Shown here piece after piece: positions 20,149 to 28,384 of a DNA stretch of 64,000 bases. The stretch covers positions 184,915 to 248,914 of the forward strand of contig CAWBOC010000002.1 of the NCBI GenBank assembly GCA_963790305.1, given 5' to 3'. Origin of the DNA: an uncultured Gemmatimonadaceae bacterium. Lineage in GTDB: Bacteria > Gemmatimonadota > Gemmatimonadetes > Gemmatimonadales > Gemmatimonadaceae. The notes under the pieces are model-generated. The model did not search any database. It was given only the letters and a program-made list of their open reading frames with translations, and had not been told where the DNA came from. Numbering within the stretch: position 1 is the first letter of the stretch; each line of letters begins with the position of its first letter. The position numbers and the translations under genes are program-made.

Positions 20149-20813
20149 GCTGGCATCCTCCCCGCAACGCCCTTCGTGAGCAGCCAAAGCGCGAGCGCAA
20201 CCTCGAACACCAGCATCGGCAGCCACATCAGCATCGCGATCGGGCCGTGGAGGAATCCGGCGTAGATGACCGGCAGACAAACCACCAGCAGCACCAATGC
20301 GCCAACGCCGAGCCATGCGAGAGGGATTGGGATCATTCGTCCCCGCAGAAGAAGCCACGAGAACAGCGTGCTCCCCACGGCGAAGAAAGTCGCGGGGAGG
20401 GCGACATCGTCCCTCAGCAGGTAGCCAGCAAGGGTGTGCGCTGCCGCCGTCGCGGATGCGTCCGCTCCCGTCGACGTCGCCAGCGAGAACACGGTGAGGA
20501 TGCCGGGGATGGAAAGGCCGCCAATGATCCCCTCGCCGACGCGACAGGTGAGACCAAGCATTGCCAGGTCGTTGTCCTCGTCACGCGTGATCGCCCACAG
20601 CGTGACGCCCAGCACGAGTGCCGAGAAAGCCTGAACGAATCCGAGCAGGACCACGATGCCCACGGTGGTCTCGTGTCCCCCGATGCTCGCGAGCTTTTCT
20701 GCGATGGCATCTCCGCGGGTCGCCTGGCGAAACAGCACCATGCTGGTGATGCCAGCCGCGATGTAGACGAGAAACGTCGAACCGGCGATTCGGGCGTTCG
20801 TGGTGCGCGTCAT
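20145..20813 (-). CDS. DUF4386-family membrane protein (second copy)
   Basis: ARIAGSTFLVYI, RGRMIPIPLAWLG, PMLVFEVALALWLLTKG; 4-nt overlap with the next gene. Confidence 0.8.
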   Translation of the reverse strand: MTRTTNARIAGSTFLVYIAAGITSMVLFRQATRGDAIAEKLASIGGHETTVGIVVLLGFVQAFSALVLGVTLWAITRDEDNDLAMLGLTCRVGEGIIGGLSIPGILTVFSLATSTGADASATAAAHTLAGYLLRDDVALPATFFAVGSTLFSWLLLRGRMIPIPLAWLGVGALVLLVVCLPVIYAGFLHGPIAMLMWLPMLVFEVALALWLLTKGVAGRMPA

Positions 20814-21090
20814 GGTCCCCTCGAGGCTGCGCGGAGGCCGCCACGCCAATGAAGCCGTTCACCGACGCGGCAGGCTTGAAGTCGGCCCTATGGGAAGGCC
20901 ATACGAGGGCGTCCGCGCAAAGTTTCGAGAGGTCTGTGGGTGCCGGTGATCGCGGGAGTCTGCGTGGGTGATGCGTTCGGCAGAACTCAGCGGGGCGCGC
21001 GGGCTCGGATCGAACCGTCAATGCCACCGGGGGCGTGATCGCCGGGAGAGAGCTCTCCCTCCTGGCCACTTCGAGCATATAAGGCACCCG

Positions 21091-21109
21091 GGGACTTGCG
21101 GCAAGGCCC
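21091..21109. promoter_or_regulatory. RAE (rifamycin-[17 protein letters not shown])-like 19-bp inverted repeat
   Basis: GGGACTTGC-G-GCAAGGCCC, 8 of 9 positions self-complementary, 67 nt upstream of the monooxygenase ATG; matches the CTTGCGGCAAG core of the actinobacterial RAE as recalled. Confidence 0.75.
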
Positions 21110-21176
21110 AGGTCGTGTCGCAGAATCGTCGGCCGAAACAATCGGCCGAAGCCAGAACCTACGGAGAGGGGTGGCG

Positions 21177-22676
21177 ATGATCGAGCATGCAGTGGTGATC
21201 GCCGGCGGAGGTCCGACAGGGCTGATGCTGGCAGGCGAGCTGGCGTTGGCGCGGGTCGACGTCGCGATTGTCGAGCGGCGCCCAAGCCAGCACCTCGCCG
21301 GCTCGCGCGCGGGCGGCCTGCACTCACGCACCATCGAGGTCCTCGATCAACGCGGCATCGCGGATCGGTTCCTCTCGGAGGGACAGGTGGCTCAGGTTGC
21401 GGGGTTCGCCAGCGTCCGTTTGGACATCAGCGACTTCCCCACCCGACACAATTACGGGCTCGGGCTGTGGCAGAACCACATCGAGCGCATCCTGGCCGGC
21501 TGGGTCGGCGAGCTGGCGGTGCCGATCTATTACGCCAGTGAAGTCACAGGCTTCACGCAGGACGACACCGGCGTCAATGTCCAGCGGTCCGACGGCCGGT
21601 CGCTACGAGCGCAGTATCTCGTCGGGTGCGACGGAGGACGCAGTCTGATCCGGAAGGCAGCCGGCATCGACTTCCCGGGGTGGGATCCGACGACCAGCAG
21701 CCTGATCGCCCAGGTCGAGATGACGGAGGAGCCGGAATTGGGCATCCGCCGCACTCCCTCGGGCATGCACGCCCTCGGCAAGGTCGAGTACGAGATCAAA
21801 GACGGCCAGGTGGTCTACAAGCCAGGGGGGACGGTTGGCGTCATGCTGACCGAGTCGCACGTCGGACGCACGAGCGAGCCCACCCTGCGCGATCTCAGCG
21901 AGGGTCTCATCGCGGTTTACGGCACTGATTACGGGATCCACAGTCCCACCTTCATCTCCCGGTTCACCGACATGACTCGTCAGGCAGCGACCTACCGCCA
22001 GGGACGGGTGCTGCTGGCCGGCGACGCGGCGCACGTGCATTCCCCGGTCGGTGGACAGGGCCTCAACACGGGCGTGCAGGATGCGGTGAACCTGGGATGG
22101 AAGCTGGCGCAGGTCGTCAAAGGAATATCGCCCGAACGCCTCCTGGATACCTACCACGCCGAGCGCCATCCGATCGCTGCACGCGTGCTGCGCAACACGA
22201 TGGCGCAAGTCGCGCTCATGCGCGTCGACGATCGCGTCGAGGCGTTGCGCGACACCGTGTCCGAGCTGCTGAGCATGGACGAGCCGCGTAAGCGATTCGC
22301 CGCGATGATGTCCGGTCTGGACATTCGGTACGAGCTCGGCGAGGGACACCCGCTGCTGGGCCGACGCATGCCCGACCTCGACCTCGGCACGCCTAACGGG
22401 CCGCGGCGGGTCTTCACCCTGCTGCACGATGCCCGACCGGTGCTGCTCAACCTCGGTGCGCCAGGCGTCTTCGACATCACTCCGTGGCGTGATCGCGTTC
22501 AAATGGTCGACGCGAAATACGATGGGCCGTGGGAGCTTCCGGCCCTCGGGGCGGTCACGCCTCCCACCGCCGTGTTGGTTCGACCCGACGGATACGTGGC
22601 CTGGGTGGGAGACCTGGCCCAGGTGGGGCTCGTCGACGCGCTCACCACCTGGTTCGGACCGCCTGCTGCGCCGTAG
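21177..22676 (+). CDS. Group A FAD-dependent monooxygenase, rifampin monooxygenase (Rox)-like
   Basis: GGGPTGLMLAGEL, YLVGCDGGRS, GTDYGIHSP..SRF, LAGDAAHVHSPVGGQGLN, ERHPIAARVL, LVRPDGYVAWVG..WFG. Confidence 0.9.
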   Translation: MIEHAVVIAGGGPTGLMLAGELALARVDVAIVERRPSQHLAGSRAGGLHSRTIEVLDQRGIADRFLSEGQVAQVAGFASVRLDISDFPTRHNYGLGLWQNHIERILAGWVGELAVPIYYASEVTGFTQDDTGVNVQRSDGRSLRAQYLVGCDGGRSLIRKAAGIDFPGWDPTTSSLIAQVEMTEEPELGIRRTPSGMHALGKVEYEIKDGQVVYKPGGTVGVMLTESHVGRTSEPTLRDLSEGLIAVYGTDYGIHSPTFISRFTDMTRQAATYRQGRVLLAGDAAHVHSPVGGQGLNTGVQDAVNLGWKLAQVVKGISPERLLDTYHAERHPIAARVLRNTMAQVALMRVDDRVEALRDTVSELLSMDEPRKRFAAMMSGLDIRYELGEGHPLLGRRMPDLDLGTPNGPRRVFTLLHDARPVLLNLGAPGVFDITPWRDRVQMVDAKYDGPWELPALGAVTPPTAVLVRPDGYVAWVGDLAQVGLVDALTTWFGPPAAP

Positions 22677-22685
22677 CGGGCCGAG

Positions 22686-23153
22686 CTACCGCGGCCGAAG
22701 CTCCCAGAGCACGTTGACGATGACCCACCGGTCGTTCCACCGGGCGACGTGCAGGTAATCGACCCAGCTGTCGGCGTCGACCCGCACGCTGGCCGTGTTG
22801 CCGAAGATGTCGAGGATGCGAACGTCCTTGCGTTGCTCGGCGACCGGCGTGTCCTTCCCACCGCCGCCACGCGTATTGACGACGAGCGTCATCGCGCTCT
22901 GGTGCCCGAGCACGCGGCGTCCGCGCTGGTCGGTATTCATGATTCGCTTCGCCAGATCCGGGTGAACCGCGCGCTCCATGCGCTCGGCGTTCCCGGTGTA
23001 CCAGCCCTCGATGTAATCGAGCGCAGGGGCTCGGATCGCCGCGCTGTCGGCCGCGGACTGTGCGGGCACCATGGTGGGGAGTGCGAGCGTTGCGATCCAG
23101 GCGATCGTGATCGAGATGCGCCTGCTGCGTGGGATGGCGTTGCTTGCTGGCAT
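22686..23153 (-). CDS. Exported NTF2-like (lumazine-binding-like) protein
   Basis: DSAAIRAPALDYIEGWYTGNAERMERAVHPDLAKR...WVDYLHVARWNDRWVIVNVLWE. Confidence 0.82.
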   Translation of the reverse strand: MPASNAIPRSRRISITIAWIATLALPTMVPAQSAADSAAIRAPALDYIEGWYTGNAERMERAVHPDLAKRIMNTDQRGRRVLGHQSAMTLVVNTRGGGGKDTPVAEQRKDVRILDIFGNTASVRVDADSWVDYLHVARWNDRWVIVNVLWELRPR

Positions 23154-23190
23154 GTTGGCGCCCGAAGTGATGGGTTGGTGTGAGGTGTGG

Positions 23191-23883
23191 CTATCGAAGC
23201 CAAAGGTATCGGCGCGCGTTGCTCGGAGGCAGCGGCGGGACCGGGGGGACGGGAGCAGTCGCGGGGCTCAATTCCCAGAGGGGTCGGTCAGCATCGGATG
23301 GGTCTCCTCTCTCGATCACGCCCCCGTGCTCGATCGATTGCGTGACGCGCGCATCGCCCCAATACGTGATGTTCCCACCCTCCACGACGCTGGCGACCAA
23401 CGCGGTGAACGGCCTCACGAAAATCCTGCCGCCACTCAGCACCGAGGCGGTGACGCTCCCTACCGACATCGACCGGATGTCGACACCGCCGCCATTGTCG
23501 ACGTCGACGCGAATCTCCGCCTGACGCGGGAAGCCGCCCCGGCTCTGGATCATTCCTCCTTGAGCGACGGAGACGCGCGCGACCTCCGGAGTGAGAATCT
23601 CGATCTCAATGTCGTACCCTCGGCCGCACTTGCTCTTGCATTTGTCGATCACCAGCTCGCCTCCCGACGCGACGGTGACCTGCGTGTGCTCGGGGCTGCC
23701 TCTGAGGAAGGTCACGCGCTGGGTCGACCCATACCGAAGGAACACCTTGCCGCCGTGCCGCAGCTCGACGGAGCGGAACGGCGCAACTGCCACCGACATG
23801 GGTTCCGACTGGGCCGCCGCCTGACCGGAGGGGATTCCGGAAAGCACCAGCACCCCGCAGACCCGCGCAACGATGGATGTCAT
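23191..23883 (-). CDS. DUF2807/GIN-domain-like exported beta-helix protein
   Basis: RBS CAGGAG; signal peptide; FRSVELRHGG, repeated xxGGxI units, GGNITYWGD. Confidence 0.72.
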   Translation of the reverse strand: MTSIVARVCGVLVLSGIPSGQAAAQSEPMSVAVAPFRSVELRHGGKVFLRYGSTQRVTFLRGSPEHTQVTVASGGELVIDKCKSKCGRGYDIEIEILTPEVARVSVAQGGMIQSRGGFPRQAEIRVDVDNGGGVDIRSMSVGSVTASVLSGGRIFVRPFTALVASVVEGGNITYWGDARVTQSIEHGGVIERGDPSDADRPLWELSPATAPVPPVPPLPPSNARRYLWLR

Positions 23884-23908
23884 GATCTTCTCCTGTGGTC
23901 GCCGCTCG

Positions 23909-23961
23909 CGATACCTTGTCATTCGACAATACGGCGGCTGTTGTCGAACGTCAAGGTATCG
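23909..23961. promoter_or_regulatory. 53-bp imperfect palindrome upstream of the DUF2807-like gene
   Basis: CGATACCTTG-tca-TTCGACAA-N11-TTGTCGAA-cgt-CAAGGTATCG. Confidence 0.55.
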
Positions 23962-23982
23962 GCCACAACGAGTACTACGCGC

Positions 23983-24381
23983 TTACCGGCGGTCGAATTC
24001 CCACACGTTGTCCTGGTCGCGTCCGGCTCCGCGAATCCGCTCCGTAGCCCGTAGTCGGCGCCCCCCGTCGGTGAGCTGGTAGCGCCACGTCATGACCACG
24101 GCGGCCTCCGGCGAACCCATCCGGTTCTCGGTGACGAGCGCCTCTTGCTCCCAGTAGCAGCGGGAACTGTCGTGCGCGCTCACCACGCTCTCATGGCCAT
24201 CCGTGAGGCGCTCGAAGCTGAACTCGACCGCGTCAGCGGCGCTGGCGAACCTTGCCGAGCAGCGAAATCGCGGCTCATCGTGCTCGATGCGGAGCACGGC
24301 GGTCTCGATCGCCGCAGCGCTGGCGCTGAGCGCGCTCGCTTGTCGGTTCAGGACGTAGTCGCCCGAATAGTTGGGCTTCAC
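23983..24381 (-). CDS. Hypothetical protein (lipocalin-like beta-barrel possible)
   Basis: RBS GGAGGG before GTG; PNYSGDYVLNRQAS start; alternating beta-strand pattern. Confidence 0.7.
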   Translation of the reverse strand: MKPNYSGDYVLNRQASALSASAAAIETAVLRIEHDEPRFRCSARFASAADAVEFSFERLTDGHESVVSAHDSSRCYWEQEALVTENRMGSPEAAVVMTWRYQLTDGGRRLRATERIRGAGRDQDNVWEFDRR

Positions 24382-24517
24382 GGTGTCCCTCCGAGTTACA
24401 AGGGTGTAGCTGACGTCACCTGGGTGTCAGCAGATTATTCCCTGTGTGATGACTTGCCCTAGGAGAGTGCCCCTGGATTTCCCGCTCTTCACCTTTGGAA
24501 ACGACTAAGAGGAGCCC

Positions 24518-24904
24518 GTGAGAAACGCGATCGTGACGGAGAAAGCCCCAAAGCCGGTTGGTCCGTATTCGCAGGCCGTCGTCGAGGGAGATTTCATTTT
24601 CGTTGCCGGGCAGGGATGCATCAATCCAAAGACCGGGATGCTGGAGCTTGGTGACGTGCGGTCGGAGACGAAGCGGACCTTTGAGAATTTGCAGGCGATT
24701 CTCCAGGCTGCAGGCTCCTCACTCGATCACGTCGTGAAGTGCAACGTGTATCTTCGCGACATCAACGATTTCGCCGCGATGAACGAAGTGTACGCGACGT
24801 TCTTCTCGGCGCCGTTTCCGGCGCGCACCACGATCCAGGCTGGCGCGCTTCCGGGTGGGATCGCCGTGGAGATCGAGTGCATTGCGAAGAAGGGCGCTCG
24901 ATAG
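24518..24904 (+). CDS. ridA: RidA/YjgF family enamine/imine deaminase
   Basis: APKPVGPYSQAV, FAAMNEVYATFF, FPARTT (catalytic Arg), VEIECIA. Confidence 0.92.
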   Translation: MRNAIVTEKAPKPVGPYSQAVVEGDFIFVAGQGCINPKTGMLELGDVRSETKRTFENLQAILQAAGSSLDHVVKCNVYLRDINDFAAMNEVYATFFSAPFPARTTIQAGALPGGIAVEIECIAKKGAR

Positions 24905-24972
24905 GCGGGCCCGGCCGCGTTACGCCACGGCGATGAACTCGCGTCGCATCAACAGTGACATGGCGGGCTTGG

Positions 24973-25845
24973 CTACGGGAGGCGGCGGACCGAGACCGGG
25001 TCCTTCCGCTTCACGCCGAACCTCGAGGCGAAATTGCCCTGGTTGACGGAGAACGAGAGCACGCCTCGTGAGTGCATCACGGCAAGGGCCTGACCACGCG
25101 GCACGTCGCTGAACGTGCTGCGCCAGGGCAGCCGCACGGCGCGAGAGCCGACGCGCACTTCCAGCGAGTCTCCGAGGTGTGCCTGGAGCGAATCGAGCAA
25201 TGCCGGTCGAATGTCGGTCACCACGTTGCCGTACGGGTCCTCGACGTACCGGACCGTCCCCTCAATGCGCCCTCCGCCGAGCCGCGCGGGCCGCACGTCG
25301 AGCATCACCGGCGTGATCGGAGGCCCGAGGGAATCGAGCGGTGTGCCGGCGGCGAGGTGCGCCGCGACCGGCGCGAAGATGTCTCGGCCATGGAAGGTGA
25401 ACGACGTCTGCTCGGCACGGAAATACCGCGTGTCGCGCAGCTCGACGGCCCGCTCGACTCCTTCCGTCTGCATAACGAGCGTGAACAGGCCGTTATCGGG
25501 GCCAACGAGCAGGTGCCCGCGCCTGGTCAGGACCGCGATGGGCTTGCGCTCGCTGCCGACGCCCGGGTCGACGACCGCGACGGCCACCGTGCCCGGCGGG
25601 TAGAAGGGGAGCGCCTGCTCGAGCACTTCGCCCGCGATCTCGATGTCGTAGGGCGGAACGTCGTGCGTGAGGTCGACCACCGGAGCGCCGGGAGCGATGC
25701 TCAGCATCACCCCTTTGCACGCCGCTACGGCGCCGTCTCTGATCCCGAAATCACTGAGGAAGAGAATGGAGGCCGATGCGCGGCGCGCACTGTCGGCTGA
25801 ACACCCTGTCGCGGCGACGATCGCGAGGATCGCCACCGCGCGCAT
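24973..25845 (-). CDS. DUF62-family SAM hydroxide adenosyltransferase (SAM hydrolase), with putative lipoprotein signal
   Basis: FLSDFG, VDLTHDV, VVDPGVGSER, VGPDNG, TFHGRDIFAP, PYGNVVT; N-terminal AIVAATGC. Confidence 0.9.
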   Translation of the reverse strand: MRAVAILAIVAATGCSADSARRASASILFLSDFGIRDGAVAACKGVMLSIAPGAPVVDLTHDVPPYDIEIAGEVLEQALPFYPPGTVAVAVVDPGVGSERKPIAVLTRRGHLLVGPDNGLFTLVMQTEGVERAVELRDTRYFRAEQTSFTFHGRDIFAPVAAHLAAGTPLDSLGPPITPVMLDVRPARLGGGRIEGTVRYVEDPYGNVVTDIRPALLDSLQAHLGDSLEVRVGSRAVRLPWRSTFSDVPRGQALAVMHSRGVLSFSVNQGNFASRFGVKRKDPVSVRRLP

Positions 25846-25853
25846 CCTTCCGC

Positions 25854-26249
25854 TCAAGGCGTGCCCGCGCGCATCTCCTCGAGCGCGAGCTGCATGTACA
25901 TGAACGCGGCTGCCTCGTCGGTCATCGGCTGCTGGCGAAATGAATCGAGCCATGCCGTGATTCGAGTATCGGCGGGAGCGATCGCGCGCTCCAGCTCGGC
26001 GCGTTCGGCCGGGGTCGCGCGATCTACGGCCGCGTTCCGGTCGACATCATCGCCAATGCCCCAGCGCTCGGCGAGCGGCACCAAATGCCGGAGATCCTCG
26101 GGGACGTTGTTGACGTTGAGCTCGGCCGTCGTCGCTCCACCTGGAGAGCTCTGTGAGGACGTGTCATCCGCGGCCGTTCCACAGGCGACCACAGCCGCGA
26201 GAAGAAACGTTAGGCGGAGGGCGGAGCGAGCGAAGCTGGGGAGCGTCAT
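25854..26249 (-). CDS. Hypothetical lipoprotein
   Basis: Lipobox VVAC; VPEDLRHLVPLAERWGIGDDVDR; fits operon spacing. Confidence 0.72.
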   Translation of the reverse strand: MTLPSFARSALRLTFLLAAVVACGTAADDTSSQSSPGGATTAELNVNNVPEDLRHLVPLAERWGIGDDVDRNAAVDRATPAERAELERAIAPADTRITAWLDSFRQQPMTDEAAAFMYMQLALEEMRAGTP

Positions 26250-26257
26250 CCTGCCTC

Positions 26258-27652
26258 CTAGGAGCCGGGCTCGGGTGGACCGCGCGGACGCGGAGGCGGC
26301 CAGTGCGGCATCGCCAGCTCGGTCGTCCACCGCGTCCAATCGGCCGCGAGCTCCCTGACCTTGTCCGGGTACCTGCCCGCAAGGTCCGTGGCCTCAGCAA
26401 TGTCGTCCTTCAGATTGAAGAGGGCCGCTCCGGTCAGGTCAGTCACGACGGCGGAATCGGTCTGTGCGCTGCGCGCACCGACCTTCACCAGCTTCCAGTC
26501 TCCTTTGCGAATCGCCATCGACCCACCGTAGCGCCAGTAGAGTGCATCGTGGGGCGATCCGGCACGGTCGCCGGTGAGGAAGGGAAGAAGGTTTACGCCA
26601 TCCAGCCGTCGCTCCGGCAATGGTTTCACGCCGGCTGCCGCCAGCGCCGTCGGCAACACATCGATCTGCATGACCGGCCGAGCGTCCGTTGTCCCCTCGT
26701 TCAAACGACCCTTCCATCGAACGATGAACGGAACGCGGATCCCGCCCTCCAACGTCTCCCCTTTCGAGCCCCTGAGGGGTGTGTTGCGCGAGCCGTTGAT
26801 GCCTCCCGCGGTCGTCGGGCCGCCGTTGTCACTGAAGAAAAAGATCATCGTGTGATCGTCGAGCTGCTCCTTCTGAAGCGCGCCAAGTGTGCGACCGATG
26901 CCCTCGTCCATGGCTGACAGCATTGCGGCGTACGTGCGCCGCTGCGGGTCGGTGATCCCGGCGAAGCGCGCGACGTACTTCTCCGTGACCTCGAGCGGCA
27001 CGTGCACGGCATTGAATGCCAGGTAAAGCAGGAAGGGTTGTGCGCGGTTCCGATGAATGAACTCCACGGCGCGGGTGGCGAGCTCGTCCGTCAGATACTG
27101 CATCTCCGACGCGCGCGCGCGTCCATCGTACACCGGGTTGGGACCCGCCGCCTGCGGACTCATGTATGAATGCGCGCCGGCGAGAAAGCCAAAGAACTCG
27201 TCGAATCCTCTCTCCATGGGGTGGAGCCGCGGGGCGAACCCGAGATGCCACTTCCCGAACAGCGCGGTGCGATATCCCGCGCCCTTGAGATAGTCCGCGA
27301 TCGTGCGCTCCTCGAGACTCAAGCCCAGGTCACTGCCGATCGCGCTGAGGCCGACGTTGAATTCGTGGCCGAAGCGCTGCTGGTATCGCCCGGTCATGAG
27401 CCCCGCGCGGGTTGGACTGCACACCGGTGCGCTTACGTACGCATCGGTGAAGCGGACCCCGCCTCGTGCGAGCGCGTCAATGTTGGGGGTCGGGATGTCG
27501 ATTCCGCCGTAGGCACCGACGTCACCGTACCCCATGTCGTCCGCGACGATAATGACGATGTTCGGCGGCCGGCGCTGGGCGCGCGCGTCCGCGCAGAGCG
27601 TCATCATCCCCACGGCCGCCACGGCCGCCAGCGCAAGTCCAGGGATTCTCAT
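26258..27652 (-). CDS. Arylsulfatase-family sulfatase (Cys-type, formylglycine-dependent)
   Basis: PNIVIIVADDMG, CSPTRAGLMTG, GKWHLG, SDNG, EGGIRVP. Confidence 0.95.
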   Translation of the reverse strand: MRIPGLALAAVAAVGMMTLCADARAQRRPPNIVIIVADDMGYGDVGAYGGIDIPTPNIDALARGGVRFTDAYVSAPVCSPTRAGLMTGRYQQRFGHEFNVGLSAIGSDLGLSLEERTIADYLKGAGYRTALFGKWHLGFAPRLHPMERGFDEFFGFLAGAHSYMSPQAAGPNPVYDGRARASEMQYLTDELATRAVEFIHRNRAQPFLLYLAFNAVHVPLEVTEKYVARFAGITDPQRRTYAAMLSAMDEGIGRTLGALQKEQLDDHTMIFFFSDNGGPTTAGGINGSRNTPLRGSKGETLEGGIRVPFIVRWKGRLNEGTTDARPVMQIDVLPTALAAAGVKPLPERRLDGVNLLPFLTGDRAGSPHDALYWRYGGSMAIRKGDWKLVKVGARSAQTDSAVVTDLTGAALFNLKDDIAEATDLAGRYPDKVRELAADWTRWTTELAMPHWPPPRPRGPPEPGS

Positions 27653-27690
27653 GACATGCCGTCCTGCCGAAGCTGCGCGAGAGCGCCTCG

Positions 27691-28347
27691 TTAGGGACCA
27701 GCCCGCTCGCGCGCGGTCGGGAAGGGAGCCGCGGGGTAGGGGCCAATTTTCTCCACCGTGTACTCGCTCGCCCAGAAGTCTGGCGGCCCTTCGCTGTCGG
27801 CCACGCGGTTGCTCACCGGTTTCACGCCGCGTTTGAGATATGCGGCGATGTCACGCAGCTCCTGGTCGGACATGTGCCGAAACGCCGGCCACGGCATGGG
27901 GATGGCGAGGTACTTTGGATGCGCCGGGAAGTTGCCCTGACCTGGCGTCGTCGACGTGATCGTGACGTCCGGCGTCTCACCAGGGCGCAAGCCGTAGCGC
28001 AGTGCGTTGAAGATCTGGCGCTCACTGAACCGCCCGAGACCCGTCATGTTGTCGGGTGTCAGATTGCGCGGCCGTGTCTTGAATGGCCCGATCTTGAACT
28101 CCTGCGCGGTGTCTCGCACTCCGACAAGCCAGCCATCCGTATTCGGATTCGAGAAGCCGCCATGGCAATCTCCGCACGCGTGGCCGATCACCAGGGCCCG
28201 GCCACGGAGGACCTGCTCGTCGGCCGCCAGGGTTGCTGACGCATCGTCGGCTCCAAAGCTCGCGAATACAGAGCCAACGAGGGCGGCGACGACGACGAGA
28301 CCCAGCAATAGCGGTGCTGACCTGCTCAGTGAGCGTAGCGATCCCAC
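27691..28347 (-). CDS. c-type cytochrome (single CxxCH)
   Basis: Signal/TM segment, CGDCH, RNLTPD..TGLG, PMPW. Confidence 0.85.
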   Translation of the reverse strand: MGSLRSLSRSAPLLLGLVVVAALVGSVFASFGADDASATLAADEQVLRGRALVIGHACGDCHGGFSNPNTDGWLVGVRDTAQEFKIGPFKTRPRNLTPDNMTGLGRFSERQIFNALRYGLRPGETPDVTITSTTPGQGNFPAHPKYLAIPMPWPAFRHMSDQELRDIAAYLKRGVKPVSNRVADSEGPPDFWASEYTVEKIGPYPAAPFPTARERAGP

Positions 28348-28384
28348 GGGATCCTCCTTGCGTCAGTGATGAGGCATCTCCCCT

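Noticed and set aside
24973..25845. Fluorinase/chlorinase call
   Set aside because: It retains the His-containing TFHGRD and the Asp/Arg typical of DUF62 hydrolases, so halogenase activity is not supported.
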